From positions 2,046,001 to 2,110,000 of the forward strand of contig OZ024760.1 in NCBI GenBank assembly GCA_964016885.1: 64,000 nt of DNA, read 5' to 3'. Of this stretch, positions 53,050-64,000 are shown in pieces. The stretch's first letter is position 1; each line of letters begins with the position of its first letter. The position numbers and the translations under genes are program-made. The stretch is from Eledone cirrhosa. Its lineage: Eukaryota. Below the pieces are notes generated by a model. It made no database searches and was not told the origin of the DNA. It saw only the letters and a list, made by a program, of their open reading frames with translations.

Positions 53050-54260
53050 TATAATTCTTGATTATTTTCAAAAATAATTTTACAATTATAAGCAGTGTCT
53101 TTCACTAGAAATATCATAATGAAAGAGTTAAAATGTTTATATTATCTAAAACATTCCATCATAATTTTATACAAGAAATTTGGTTATGTTCCAATCAACA
53201 GCTTAATTATGCTAAAGTGAGTTTTATTGCTAAATCCCATCAAAATTTTGATTATTTTCAAAATAATTTGACAATCATAGGTAACATCTTTCATTAGAAA
53301 ATGGTAATCTAAAATCTGTCCATCATAATTTTACATAAGAACTTTGGTTATGTTCCAAACAATAGCTTAAACCTTTTGTTATCAAACCACCTGACCCCAT
53401 CCCTGGTTCCACAGTATAAAATATTGTAATACAAGGGTTAAAATGTTTATATTTATCTAAAAACTTACCATCATAATTTTAAGTAAGAACATTTCTTGAA
53501 CTTTGGTTATGTTCTAAACATCAGCTCAACAATGATAAAGTTAGTTATATTACTAAATATTTCCAAATTCTTGATTATTTTCAAAATTATTTAACCCTTT
53601 AGTATTTACATTACTCTATATATACTTTTGTATTTTCATGGAAAACACTTTATTTCACATAATTATCTCACATAATATCGAATCTGCTATATCTTGATAT
53701 TATTTATTTTAAGAACAATACCTTAACATAAGCATGAGCAGACAGTTATAGCTGGTTTGAACAGAAAGAGGTGAGAGAATTCTGGCCGGATATAGCCGGT
53801 TTAAATGCTAAAGGGTTAAAAGTGATAGGCAGTTTCATCTTTCTAGAAATATGGCAATGAAAGGATTAAGATGTTTATATTCATCTAAAATCTTTCCATC
53901 ATAATTTTATATAAGAACTTTGGTTATGTTACAAACACCAACTTAATAATAACTAAGTTTAATGGAAGACTCATCCCATCCTCATATCTGAAGGTATGGG
54001 ATCATGGACTTATGGACCAGCACTCTCCATCTTTTCATGTTTATCTTGTCATTGCCATACATTCCACCAAACTCCTTCATGTCCATTCCTTAATATCATC
54101 TGTCCATCTCCTTTTCTGCTGTCCCCTGGCCCTTTCCCTCCGTATTCGTCCCTCAAGAATGTGGGTAGTTTACTAAATCCTTCCAAATTCGTGACTATTT
54201 TCAAAATGATTTAGAAAGCATAGGCAGTGCCTTTTATCTAGAAATATGGTGGTGAAAGGG
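53050..54260 (-). mobile_element. Cluster of degenerate MITE-B copies (second TTAA-CCCTTT-ended family)
   Basis: Recurring gaaatatggtaatgaaagggttaa, ttatgttccaaacaccagcttaat and ttcttgattattttcaaaat; relatives at 2890-4660, 20890-21465, 49190-49900. Confidence 0.65.
53591..53819. mobile_element. MITE-A inserted into MITE-B sequence
   Basis: TTAA termini and TIRs. Confidence 0.85.
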
Positions 54261-54449
54261 TAGATGTAGAATATATCAAGAAGAGGAAATGCTAAAAGTT
54301 TGAATGTCACTAACCATTCTTAGATGAGGTGATGATAGCACTCGTATCATGCAAGAATGAATAATAAAATAATTTTCATTCAAATGAAGAAGTAAGCCAC
54401 AGAATACACACATGCACACACACACACATACATATATGTGCACATACAC

Positions 54450-54483
<34 letters not shown>

Positions 54484-54572
54484 CACACACAAACATATAT
54501 ATATATTCACACACACACAAACATATATATATAATATATATATATATCACACACTCCTTCGTTATATATATA

Positions 54573-54767
54573 TATTAAAATAACAGATTAAAGTTTAAGC
54601 AAAGAATCGAGTTTCAGAAGATCCCGTTAAGGGTGAAAGCAGCGATTCTTTGCTTAAACTTTAATCTGTTATTTTAATAAATATTTGCTCTAGAGTTCTT
54701 ATATATTTGATATATATTTATCCTTATCGAGCCCTCCTTGGATTTTAGTCTTCAAATTTATTATTAT

Positions 54768-54772
<5 letters not shown>
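54573..54772. mobile_element. (TA)n-embedded fold-back element family H2
   Basis: Perfect 37-bp arms 54573-54609 / 54643-54679; relatives at 12030-12110, 13958-14068, 29180-29272, 44783-44850. Confidence 0.75.
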
Positions 54773-54813
<41 letters not shown>

Positions 54814-55044
54814 TATATCACACACACAAACATATATGTACATATATATATTTAACGAAGGAGGTGTGGTAAGGAACCAGATGAACCATAACGCACCAGA
54901 GTACTCAATACTTAGGGTGGTAGAGTGGGTAATAGGAAAATGTTTAACCCCGACGGCAGAGCTCAAGCCGTTTCGATGGCTATTTCAGTCCAGAAATAGC
55001 CGTCCAAATGGCTTGAGAGCTCTGCCGTCGGGGTTAAACATTTT

Positions 55045-55104
<60 letters not shown>

Positions 55105-55344
55105 CACACACACAAACATATATATATATACACATATATATATCCACATGCACGCACACACACATATATATATATACACATACACAAGGCACTTTGAAAT
55201 TATTTGGAGAGAAATAATAATAACAATCATTATATTAATAATAATAACAATAGTAATAAGAAGAATATTTACAATTCAATTTAAAGAATGTTGATTATGT
55301 TTGTTATGAACCAAACATAAAAGATATATTAACAGAATTTTTCA

Positions 55345-55550
55345 TTAACCCTTTAACATTTACATTACTCTATATTTACTATTGTATTTTCACAGTAAAG
55401 TCTTTACTTCACATAATATCGAATCTATGATATTTTGATGTTATTTATTTTGAGAACATTACCTTAACGTCAGTATGAGCAGCCGGTTACAGCCAGTTTG
55501 AAGAGAAAAAGGTGAGAGAATTCTGGCTGGTTTAAATGCTAAAGGGTTAA
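55345..55550. mobile_element. MITE-A
   Basis: TTAA termini and TIRs. Confidence 0.85.
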
Positions 55551-55859
55551 TATATTTTGTGATCTTTTAGTCATGGCAAAATATAATCCGGCTTGGTTAA
55601 TAAAATTTCAATGATATCCACAGAAAAAGCAAAAAGATAGTGATTTTCTTTTTGTAAGTAAATAACCAATCGCGATGCCTAATTTTCTTTTTAAATTTAC
55701 ATTTAACAGTAAATATAATTATCAAAGAATGTTTTATATCCAATCCAAAAGACACAAAGCATTAAACAACGACAACAACAATGACAACAATAAGAAAAAA
55801 CAACACAGACACAAGATATATGGAATGAGCAAGAGCAGAGATATATAAGAATATACATG

Positions 55860-55892
<33 letters not shown>

Positions 55893-56034
55893 ATATATAT
55901 ATATATATATATATATCATATATATATCATATATATGATATATATATATGATATATATATATATATGATATATATATATGATATATATATATATGATATA
56001 TATGATATATATATATGATATATATATGATATAT

Positions 56035-56095
<61 letters not shown>

Positions 56096-56117
56096 GATAT
56101 ATATATATATATATACA

Positions 56118-56170
<53 letters not shown>

Positions 56171-56421
56171 ATATATATACATATATATATGATATATATA
56201 TACATATATATATGATATATATATACATATATGATATATATATATAACACATATGTATATATATATGATATATATTTATGATATATATATATCATATATA
56301 TATATATATGATATATATGCATATATATATATATACATATATATATACATATATATATACATACATATATATATATACATACGTATATATATATATACAT
56401 ACATATATATATATACATACG

Positions 56422-56537
<116 letters not shown>

Positions 56538-56801
56538 TATGCATATTTATATATATGATATATATATATGCCCATATATATATATATATACATATATACA
56601 CATAAGAAAACATGTAAAGAGCAACATGTCAGTGAATAACATTCAATGATAAAGTTATGACCATATATGGCAGGAGGTAGACGAGGTAGAAGAGAAAAAG
56701 ACAGAGAAAGAGACAGAGAGAAGAAAGGAAAAAATACAAAGAAGAAAACCTAAGGATGCTGAAATGCTGAAGCAACCAAAATCCTCAAAGATCAATTTTA
56801 C

Positions 56802-56894
56802 CGTTATTAAAGGCATTCGAGATTTTTCTCCTTCATCTTCAAAGATTTGTTCATTTTCAGGGACGTGATGGGTAAATTTTCGAGGGAAAAAGCC
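56802..56894 (-). CDS. Candidate additional otoferlin linker exon (93 bp, phase 0/0)
   Basis: tttgacag|GGC...ACG|gtaaaa; open frame GFFPRKFTHHVPENEQIFEDEGEKSRMPLIT in non-repetitive sequence; phase compatible with exon A; no recognisable homology. Confidence 0.3.
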
Positions 56895-58410
56895 CTGTCA
56901 AAGTTTCCATTGATTTTAGTTAATTGATAGATTATTTAATTGATCTTTGCTGGTAAAAGGGACCAACATAAACAATTAACAAAAAAAAATATATTTGAAA
57001 AAAAATAAAGGAGAGTGAAAGGATCTTTTATGAAATCATCATGGAACGGTCCACTGAGGTTGGGTGTAAGAAATAAAGAATGTTCTAGAGGATTCTGAGC
57101 GTGTTAACCTTTATAAATATCTAAATATATGTATGTAGGATATCTGTAGATCAAAGGCCAAGGAAAATAATGTCCAATCTATTGCAAGAGAGCTTATTTA
57201 GTATAATTAAAATTTCATACACGTAACATATATGAGCATGAAGTGATTTGAAGAAAGATTATTTCAATACTGGACATATCATTATCTCATGTTCTTCTGA
57301 TAATAGAATGTTGGATAGAGAGAGTACTTTGTGGTATTCATCCTGAATCTGCGCACTGAGTTCAAATCCTACTGAGGTCAACTTCGTCTTTCATCCATTT
57401 GGTCTCGATAAAGAAGTATCGGTCAAGTATTAGAGTTGATTCTTCCTCTATATCTCTTTCTCTCCTTTGCTGTATTCAAACCTGGAGAGGAGATGGGCTC
57501 CACCTGGTTTTAAAAAAGGCCCAACATATGCCATATGTCAATATGGCACCCTTACAACTCCCTTATGAGTTACGGGTCGATACCATACCACGCCATACTG
57601 TTAAAAGTAGGTGTTAAACTGAATAATGGATTAAGTCTATCACCCAAGATTAGAGATGGTCACAATCTCTCCTTCTGTCACTCTTTCTCTCTCTGTCTCT
57701 TTCTGTCTCACTCTCTCCAACTGCCTGTCTGTCTCTCTATCTGTCTCTTTCTCTCTCCTACTCTCTGTCTGTCTGTCACTCTCCCCTCCCCCTCTCTCTC
57801 ATGGCCTTACACATTGTAGAAGACAAAAATATCCAAGTGGGATAAACCCAGAAACCATGGAATTGACACCATACACACACATACATACACAGAGGGTTGG
57901 ATAAAGTCATTTTAAGGCCCAAAATTGACACGCAAACTTCTAGACCACACACACACAGAGAGGGTCAAATCAAGTCATTTTGATGTAAGCATTTGAAATT
58001 GCTCGCCTTTTCTTTGAATCATCACAGAATTTTGACTTCGAAAAGTTTATTATAGTAAACCAGATATTGGGCGCTGGTGGGAGCGATAATTTTGGAAGGC
58101 ATTGAAATCATTGTAGCGTTGCAATCTACAGTCGACAGCTGTGTATATATACATATGCGTACACACAAACCCCCACACACGCATATATATCTGTGTGTGT
58201 GTCTAATAATTCTGAGCATTTGAATGTGAGTCTATATGTGAAAGCACATATTTGAGGAGCTTTCGATTCCAGAGTCAGGAATGAACATAATCGATCGTTC
58301 TTCAAGCTGATCAGCAGTGAAACATATTACATATGTGATTCAATATGTATATGATGAAACACTGATTCTTTGTTCCCTAATTATATATATATAAATATAT
58401 ATATATATAA

Positions 58411-59030
58411 TGCTGGTTAGAGCATTGGGCTTACAATCGATAGGTTGTGAGTTCGATTCTCAGACCGAGTGATGTGTTGTTTCCTTGAGCAAGTCACTTT
58501 ATTTCACATTGCTCCAGTTTATTCAGCTGTAGAAATGAGTTGCGACGTCACTGGTGCCAAGCTGTATCAGCCATAGCCTTTCCCTTGGACATCATCATAT
58601 ATATATTGTAGCTATACTGTACATAGTGTATATATAATGTAAGTAGTGTATATATAATGTACATAGTGTATATATAATGTAAGTAGTGTATATATAATGT
58701 ATATAGTGTATATATAATGTAAGTAGTGTATATATAATGTACATAGTGTATATAGAATGTACATAGTGTATATATAATGTACATAGTGTATATAGAATGT
58801 AAGTAGTGTATATATAATATATATATCAGTTGTGATATCACTGGTGCCAAGCTGTATCAGCCATTGCCTTTCTCTTGGACAACATCGGTGGCGTGGAGAC
58901 GAGAGGCTGGTATGCATGGGTGACTGCTGGTCTTCCACAAACAACCTTGCCCAGACTTGTCATTCAGAGGGAAACTTTCTAGGTGCAAACCCCATGGTCA
59001 TTTGTGACCTAAGGGGGCCTTTACCTTCAT
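58411..59030 (+). mobile_element. tRNA-derived SINE family D with internal duplication and TA-rich VNTR
   Basis: B box gagttcgattc; segment gttgcgacgtcactggtgccaagctgtatcagcc...cttggaca occurs twice around a tagtgtatatataatgtaca array; tail cctttacctt. Confidence 0.8.
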
Positions 59031-59348
59031 ATATTACTGGTATATATCTGTTTGTGGTAAGACCAATAACGTTGTTAGAACTCTATGTAGTTCTGAGGTA
59101 ATAATTCCAGCGAGGTCAAGTGATGAAAGTTCTTGTTTTGTACATAGGATTTCGTTGAGCATTGTAAACTAGCTACAGTTATATATATAGGATAAGAGTC
59201 AGGACACCAACGGCTGAGTTCCGGCCGTTTCGACAGCTAGATACGAGTTCGGGGCCCTGACTCATTTCCTATTACCCACTCTACTAACCTAAGTATCGAG
59301 TACTCTGGTGTGTTATGGTCTACCTGGTATCTTACCACACCTTCTTTG

Positions 59349-59379
<31 letters not shown>

Positions 59380-60744
59380 ATGTGTGTGTGTGTGTGTAAC
59401 TGCTAAGTACTTCAAAAGCTCAGAACCTATTAGTAAGCCTCGAAACGAACAACGGAAAATAACCCTTAAATAAATCACGACTAATCTGTTTAATATAACT
59501 AGGATATGATTATTTCGCGACAGAAATAATAACTGAATTACGAAAACAAAGCTAACTAAAATAGTATCAACTATTTTCAATTGAAAATTATTGTTCAATG
59601 AATTTAATTATTATATTTTTATGCACGTTGATAAAATAAAATGAAATGATTATTGAAGAAGGAAAAACTTCGCATATTTACGAAGCATAAAAACAAAACA
59701 AGGGAGGTAAATCAAAAAAGAATCTAAGGGAAGTCACTCTCATTTCAAACTAAGCACAAATACAGTCAACGATCTAAAAAGTTAGTTTCGTATTTTATAT
59801 AAGCTTTTAGCCACCAAGCTAGTATAGATATTTTATTCATATAATTTATATACGTATTTCCTTCTGTATTATATAATATGTAAAAGCTGCTAGAAATGAA
59901 GCTACATATTTAGTTTGAAACATTTATAAAGACGCATGAAAAAAACAAAAAAACAATAAAAGAGATTTCGTCTAAAACAAGTTTATACAGTAAAAGGGGA
60001 CGTTGAGAAGGTACAGGGAACGCTGGGGCCTAAAGGGTTGATAGAGATGATATAATAGTATATTAAATATCAAATGATACATATTATATATAAATATAGT
60101 AAAATAAAAAATATATAATATTTATTTATACATAGTATATATTATATTGTAAGTATGCATACGTACACACACATATATAAACATACACGTACACATGTAC
60201 GTATGGGTTATATCGAACATTAATAATAATATTCGATTCGTAACCCATACGTAAATATGTATGTGTATATTTATATATAAGTATGTATATATGTGTGTAC
60301 GTATGCATACTTACAATTATGTATCAGCTGTGCTAGGACGAGAAATAAAATTCTAATATTTTATATTATTTATTATATATAAATTAACGATTTTATTTAT
60401 TATATATTATTTATAATTTGCGTGTAGGGGCTAAATGTATTACGTGGCCGTGAGGGGGGGGGGGTCAAAAAGTTTGAGAAGCTCTGTAGTAAAAGAACAA
60501 TAACCAAATAAAAATACTACAAACAAAAAAAAAACTACTACTTTAGCGTGCAGTCTATCGAACTATATGTAATCTACACTGTTAGGGTCATCATTTTTAT
60601 TACTTTGCAGTTCATCCTTACGAAATCGATAAAATTAAGTACCAGTAATGCATAAGGGTTGATTTAATCGACTTACCTTGTCCCTTCAAATTCGTGGACT
60701 TGTGCCTATATCAGAAACCCTTATTATTATTTTTTAAGTTGAAG

Positions 60745-61625
60745 TAGACTGCATGCTGAACTGTAAATGTGCTTGTAAACCACACGTTACAGTGTAAATA
60801 GCCAGATAGACCACCCACTAAAGTTTAAATAGTAAGATAGAACACATGCTAAAATTTAAGTAGTCAGTTATATTACATGCTAAATCTTAAATGTGTAGGT
60901 AGACCTCACCCCAAAGTTTAAATGTGTAGGTAGGCCTCAACCCAAAGTTGAAATGTGTAGGTAGGCCTCAACCCAAAGTTGAAATGTGTAGGTAGGCCTC
61001 AACCCAAAGTTGAAATGTGTAGGTAGGCCTCAACCCAAAGTTGAAATGTGTAGGTAGACCTCACCCCAAAGTTTAAATGTGTAGGTAGGCCTCAACCCAA
61101 AGTTTAAATGTGTAGGTAGGCCTCAACCCAAAGTTTAAATGTGTAGGTAGGCCTCAACCCAAAGTTGAAATGTGTAGGTAGGCCTCAACCCAAAGTTGAA
61201 ATGTGTAGGTAGACTACACATTAAAGTTGAAATGTGTAGGTAGACTACACACTAAAGTTTAAATGTGTAGGTAGACTACACACTAAAGTTTAAATGTGTA
61301 GGTAGACTACACACTAAAGTTTAAATGTGTAGGTAGACCTCATGCTAAAGTTTAAATGTATAGATTGACCTCAGGATAGAATGAAAATAGTCCGATAGAC
61401 CACACGCAAAAGTTAAAATAGTCAGATAGACCATACACTAAAGTTTAAATGTGTAGGTAGACTACACACTAAAGTTTAAATGTGTAGGTAGACTACACAC
61501 TAAAGTTTAAATGTGTAGGTAGACCACATGCTAAAATGTAAATAGTCAGATAGACCACACGCTAAAGTTAAAATAGTCAGATGACACACTAAAGTTTAAA
61601 TGTGTAGGCAGACTCACGTTAAAGT
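60745..61625. repeat. 31-bp minisatellite with degenerate edges
   Basis: aaagtt(t/g)aaatgtgtaggtag(gcctcaaccc/actacacact). Confidence 0.9.
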
Positions 61626-62284
61626 GGCAATTTTTTTTTATAACAAAGATAAAAATAAAAACAATATAGATGTTTCTGGTGTCAGTTTAAAAGGGAATTA
61701 TTGAAGGATTGTGTATAAGATATAATTTTTTTTTTTTTTTTACTAGTCTACCTAGTTAACCAAGTTGAACATATCGACCCCTAGAGACAGAAAATGTGGA
61801 CTGTAAGTGGGAATCGATCTCACATCTGTCTTATGAATGTAAATAAAGCAAAGATAATAAATATTTTAATTAAATAGAAATAAAATAGCAAAAGAAAATA
61901 ATATTAATAGATAAATAAAATAAATAAAAATTAAAATAAACTAAAATTAAATTTAAAGGGTAAATATATATATAACACAATTTAATATAGAAATGGCTTC
62001 TACAGGACTAGAACTGTTTCCTTCAAAAGAAATCACCAGGCAAGCAATAATATGTTTTTCCCCATGATTTTCTTCGAATGAAACAGTTCTAGTCCTGTAG
62101 AAGCCATTGCTATATTAAATTTTGTTGTATACACTCTACTAATGTATTGAGTACCTTATTTACTGTGGTTAATCCCGATTGAACCCAGTGCAGAGTGATC
62201 AAAATTGAGTCAGTAGGCACCTCTTAACTCAATATACATCCCGACCCACACACCCTACTCCATCCTCCCATTTTCATCTGCTGT

Positions 62285-62565
62285 AAAGTGGTCATGTAAG
62301 TGACACAACAAAAGGCACCCAGTCCACACTGTAAAATGGTCGTGTAGGTGACAACAAAAAGTACCCACTCCACACTGTAAAGTGGTCGTGTAGGTGACAA
62401 CAAAAAGTACCCAGTCCACACTGTAAAGTGGTTGTGTAGGTGACAACAAAAAGTACCCAGTCCACACTGTAAAGTGGTCATGTATGTGACACAACAAAAA
62501 GCACACAGTCCACACTGTAAAGTGGTCGTGTAGGTGACAACAAAAAGTACCCAGTCCACACTGAA
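62285..62565. repeat. ~47-bp tandem repeat related to the RTE 3' UTR
   Basis: cagtccacactgtaaagtggtcgtgtaggtgacaacaaaaagtacc, about 6 copies, preceded by agtcagtaggcacctct as at ~38157. Confidence 0.8.
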
Positions 62566-62777
62566 TGTTTAAATACCATATTACTTAAACCATTCAAATA
62601 TTAACTGAATAGGTGTAAATATAGTGTACATTTTATTAATTGTGTGGAATACCAGCTCTGTATCTATTTTTTATATTTCTATACACATAAATCCTTTTGA
62701 AGTTCAGTTCATGATATAATTCCAATTACATATGGTGAGCCCCAAAGTCTGACACCAAAAACCTCATTTTACAAATA

Positions 62778-63003
62778 TTAACCCTTTAGCATTTACATTA
62801 CTCTATATTTACTATTGTATTTTCACACTAAAGGCTTCACCTGACATACTTATCTCACATAATATCGAATCTATGAGATATTTATATTATTTATTTTGAG
62901 AACAATACCTTAACATCAGTATGAGTGGCCAGTTACAGCCAGTTTGAACAGAAAGGTGAGAATTTCTGGCCAGATACGGCCACTTTAAATGCTAAAGGGT
63001 TAA
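62778..63003. mobile_element. MITE-A between two copies of a ~75-bp direct repeat
   Basis: TTAA termini; flanks 62703-62777 and 63006-63080 nearly identical. Confidence 0.85.
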
Positions 63004-63487
63004 AATTCAGTTCATGATATAATTCCAATTGCATATGGTGAGCCCCAAAATCTGACACCAAAAACCTCATTTTACAAATAATAAAAGAAATGTTTAGATA
63101 GAAAACATGCAATTTTTCAGTGTGACACTATAGGCAAATACTTAAAATCAGAGACATTTTATTGCTGATAATGGTTTCTGATTTGGGCACAAGGCCAACA
63201 ATTTTGAGGGAGGGAAAAGTCAATTAAATTAACCCCATTACATTACTGGTACTTTATTTATTGACCCTGTAAGGATGAATGGCAAAGCTAACCTTGGCAA
63301 GATTTGAACATAAAGGAATGTAACTGCATGCCACAAAATATTGGTTTCTGATTTAGGCACAAAGCCAACAATTTTGGGGGAGATTCAGTATGACACAGTG
63401 TTTGACAGGTCTGGCTCATTGAATTACAGGTACCGTCCATCCAGTGGGCCTCCAAGCAGTTTCAGTCTACCAAATTTCACTCACAAA

Positions 63488-64000
63488 GGATGCCTTCACT
63501 ATGACTTACAGACTCCATGTCTCTACCATGTACTATTATTAATTGAAGTGACTGCTCTCCTAAGCGGGTTGCCTTCACTACAGTTTATGGAGCTCACATC
63601 TCAGCCATCATGTAGTTTTATATATTTAGTGTAACTGTTCTCGCAGGTGGATTGCCTTCATGACAACTTACAAACACCATGACTCCATTATATAGTCTAA
63701 TTTATTTGGAGTAACTGCTCTCCTAGACAGGTTGTCCTCATTACAGCTTACAGAGTATACATCTCCATCATGTAATTTCATTATTTGGAAACTAGATGGG
63801 TTGCCTTCACTGCGAATTAACAAACACTATGTCTCCCTCATGTAGGTTTATCTATTAGGGGTGACTGCTCTCGTAGGTAGGTTGCTTTCATTACAGTTAA
63901 CAGAGTCTACATCTCCCTGCAGTTTTTATATGAATTTATATCTTTCCCTGAAAGGTTGTCCTTTGTTCTAGCATTTGCTTGGAGTTACTGCTTTTCTAGA
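63488..64000. repeat. Old, diverged ~80-bp tandem repeat running off the window end
   Basis: ggttgccttcact...tctccatcatgta...gtaactgctctc recurs about 6 times. Confidence 0.65.

Noticed and set aside
58022-58219. 65-aa minus-strand ORF in unique sequence as an otoferlin exon
   Set aside because: No good donor site, no ferlin similarity, and it begins in a microsatellite
58252-58312. TTGAAGA...GAAAGCTC minus-strand hammerhead-like motif
   Set aside because: No complementary stem I and irregular spacing
62703-63080. ~75-bp direct repeats as a giant TSD or LTRs around MITE-A
   Set aside because: The MITE already has its TTAA duplication; simpler as insertion at the junction of an earlier tandem duplication

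Overview
Repeat-rich, AT-rich animal genomic DNA. The SINE, RTE and microsatellite content suggests an octopod cephalopod (inference from repeat families). The window lies inside a large minus-strand gene. Four GT-AG exons absent from the ORF track (44352-44486, 41675-41818, 34963-35090, 4831-5001) splice in frame into the region just before and through the C2E domain of otoferlin, with all five acidic Ca2+-ligand positions present. The introns (2.5, 6.6 and ~30 kb, plus flanks) hold at least four tRNA-derived SINE families, two RTE LINE families (one with an intact RT C-terminal ORF carrying an inserted PHD-type finger), a CR1-like fragment, TTAA-, TA- and hAT-type MITEs, many micro/minisatellites and (TA)n-embedded fold-back elements. 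Most notable: two type I hammerhead-ribozyme-like motifs, a SINE whose Pol III tRNA head is amplified ~14-fold right behind an otoferlin splice donor, inverted SINEs flanking that exon, satellites grown from transposon sub-parts, a visible SINE/LINE partner pair, and fold-back hairpins that match within but not between copies. Nearly all long ORFs in the supplied track are repeat artefacts. Repeat boundaries are approximate, read by eye; no new system is proven.
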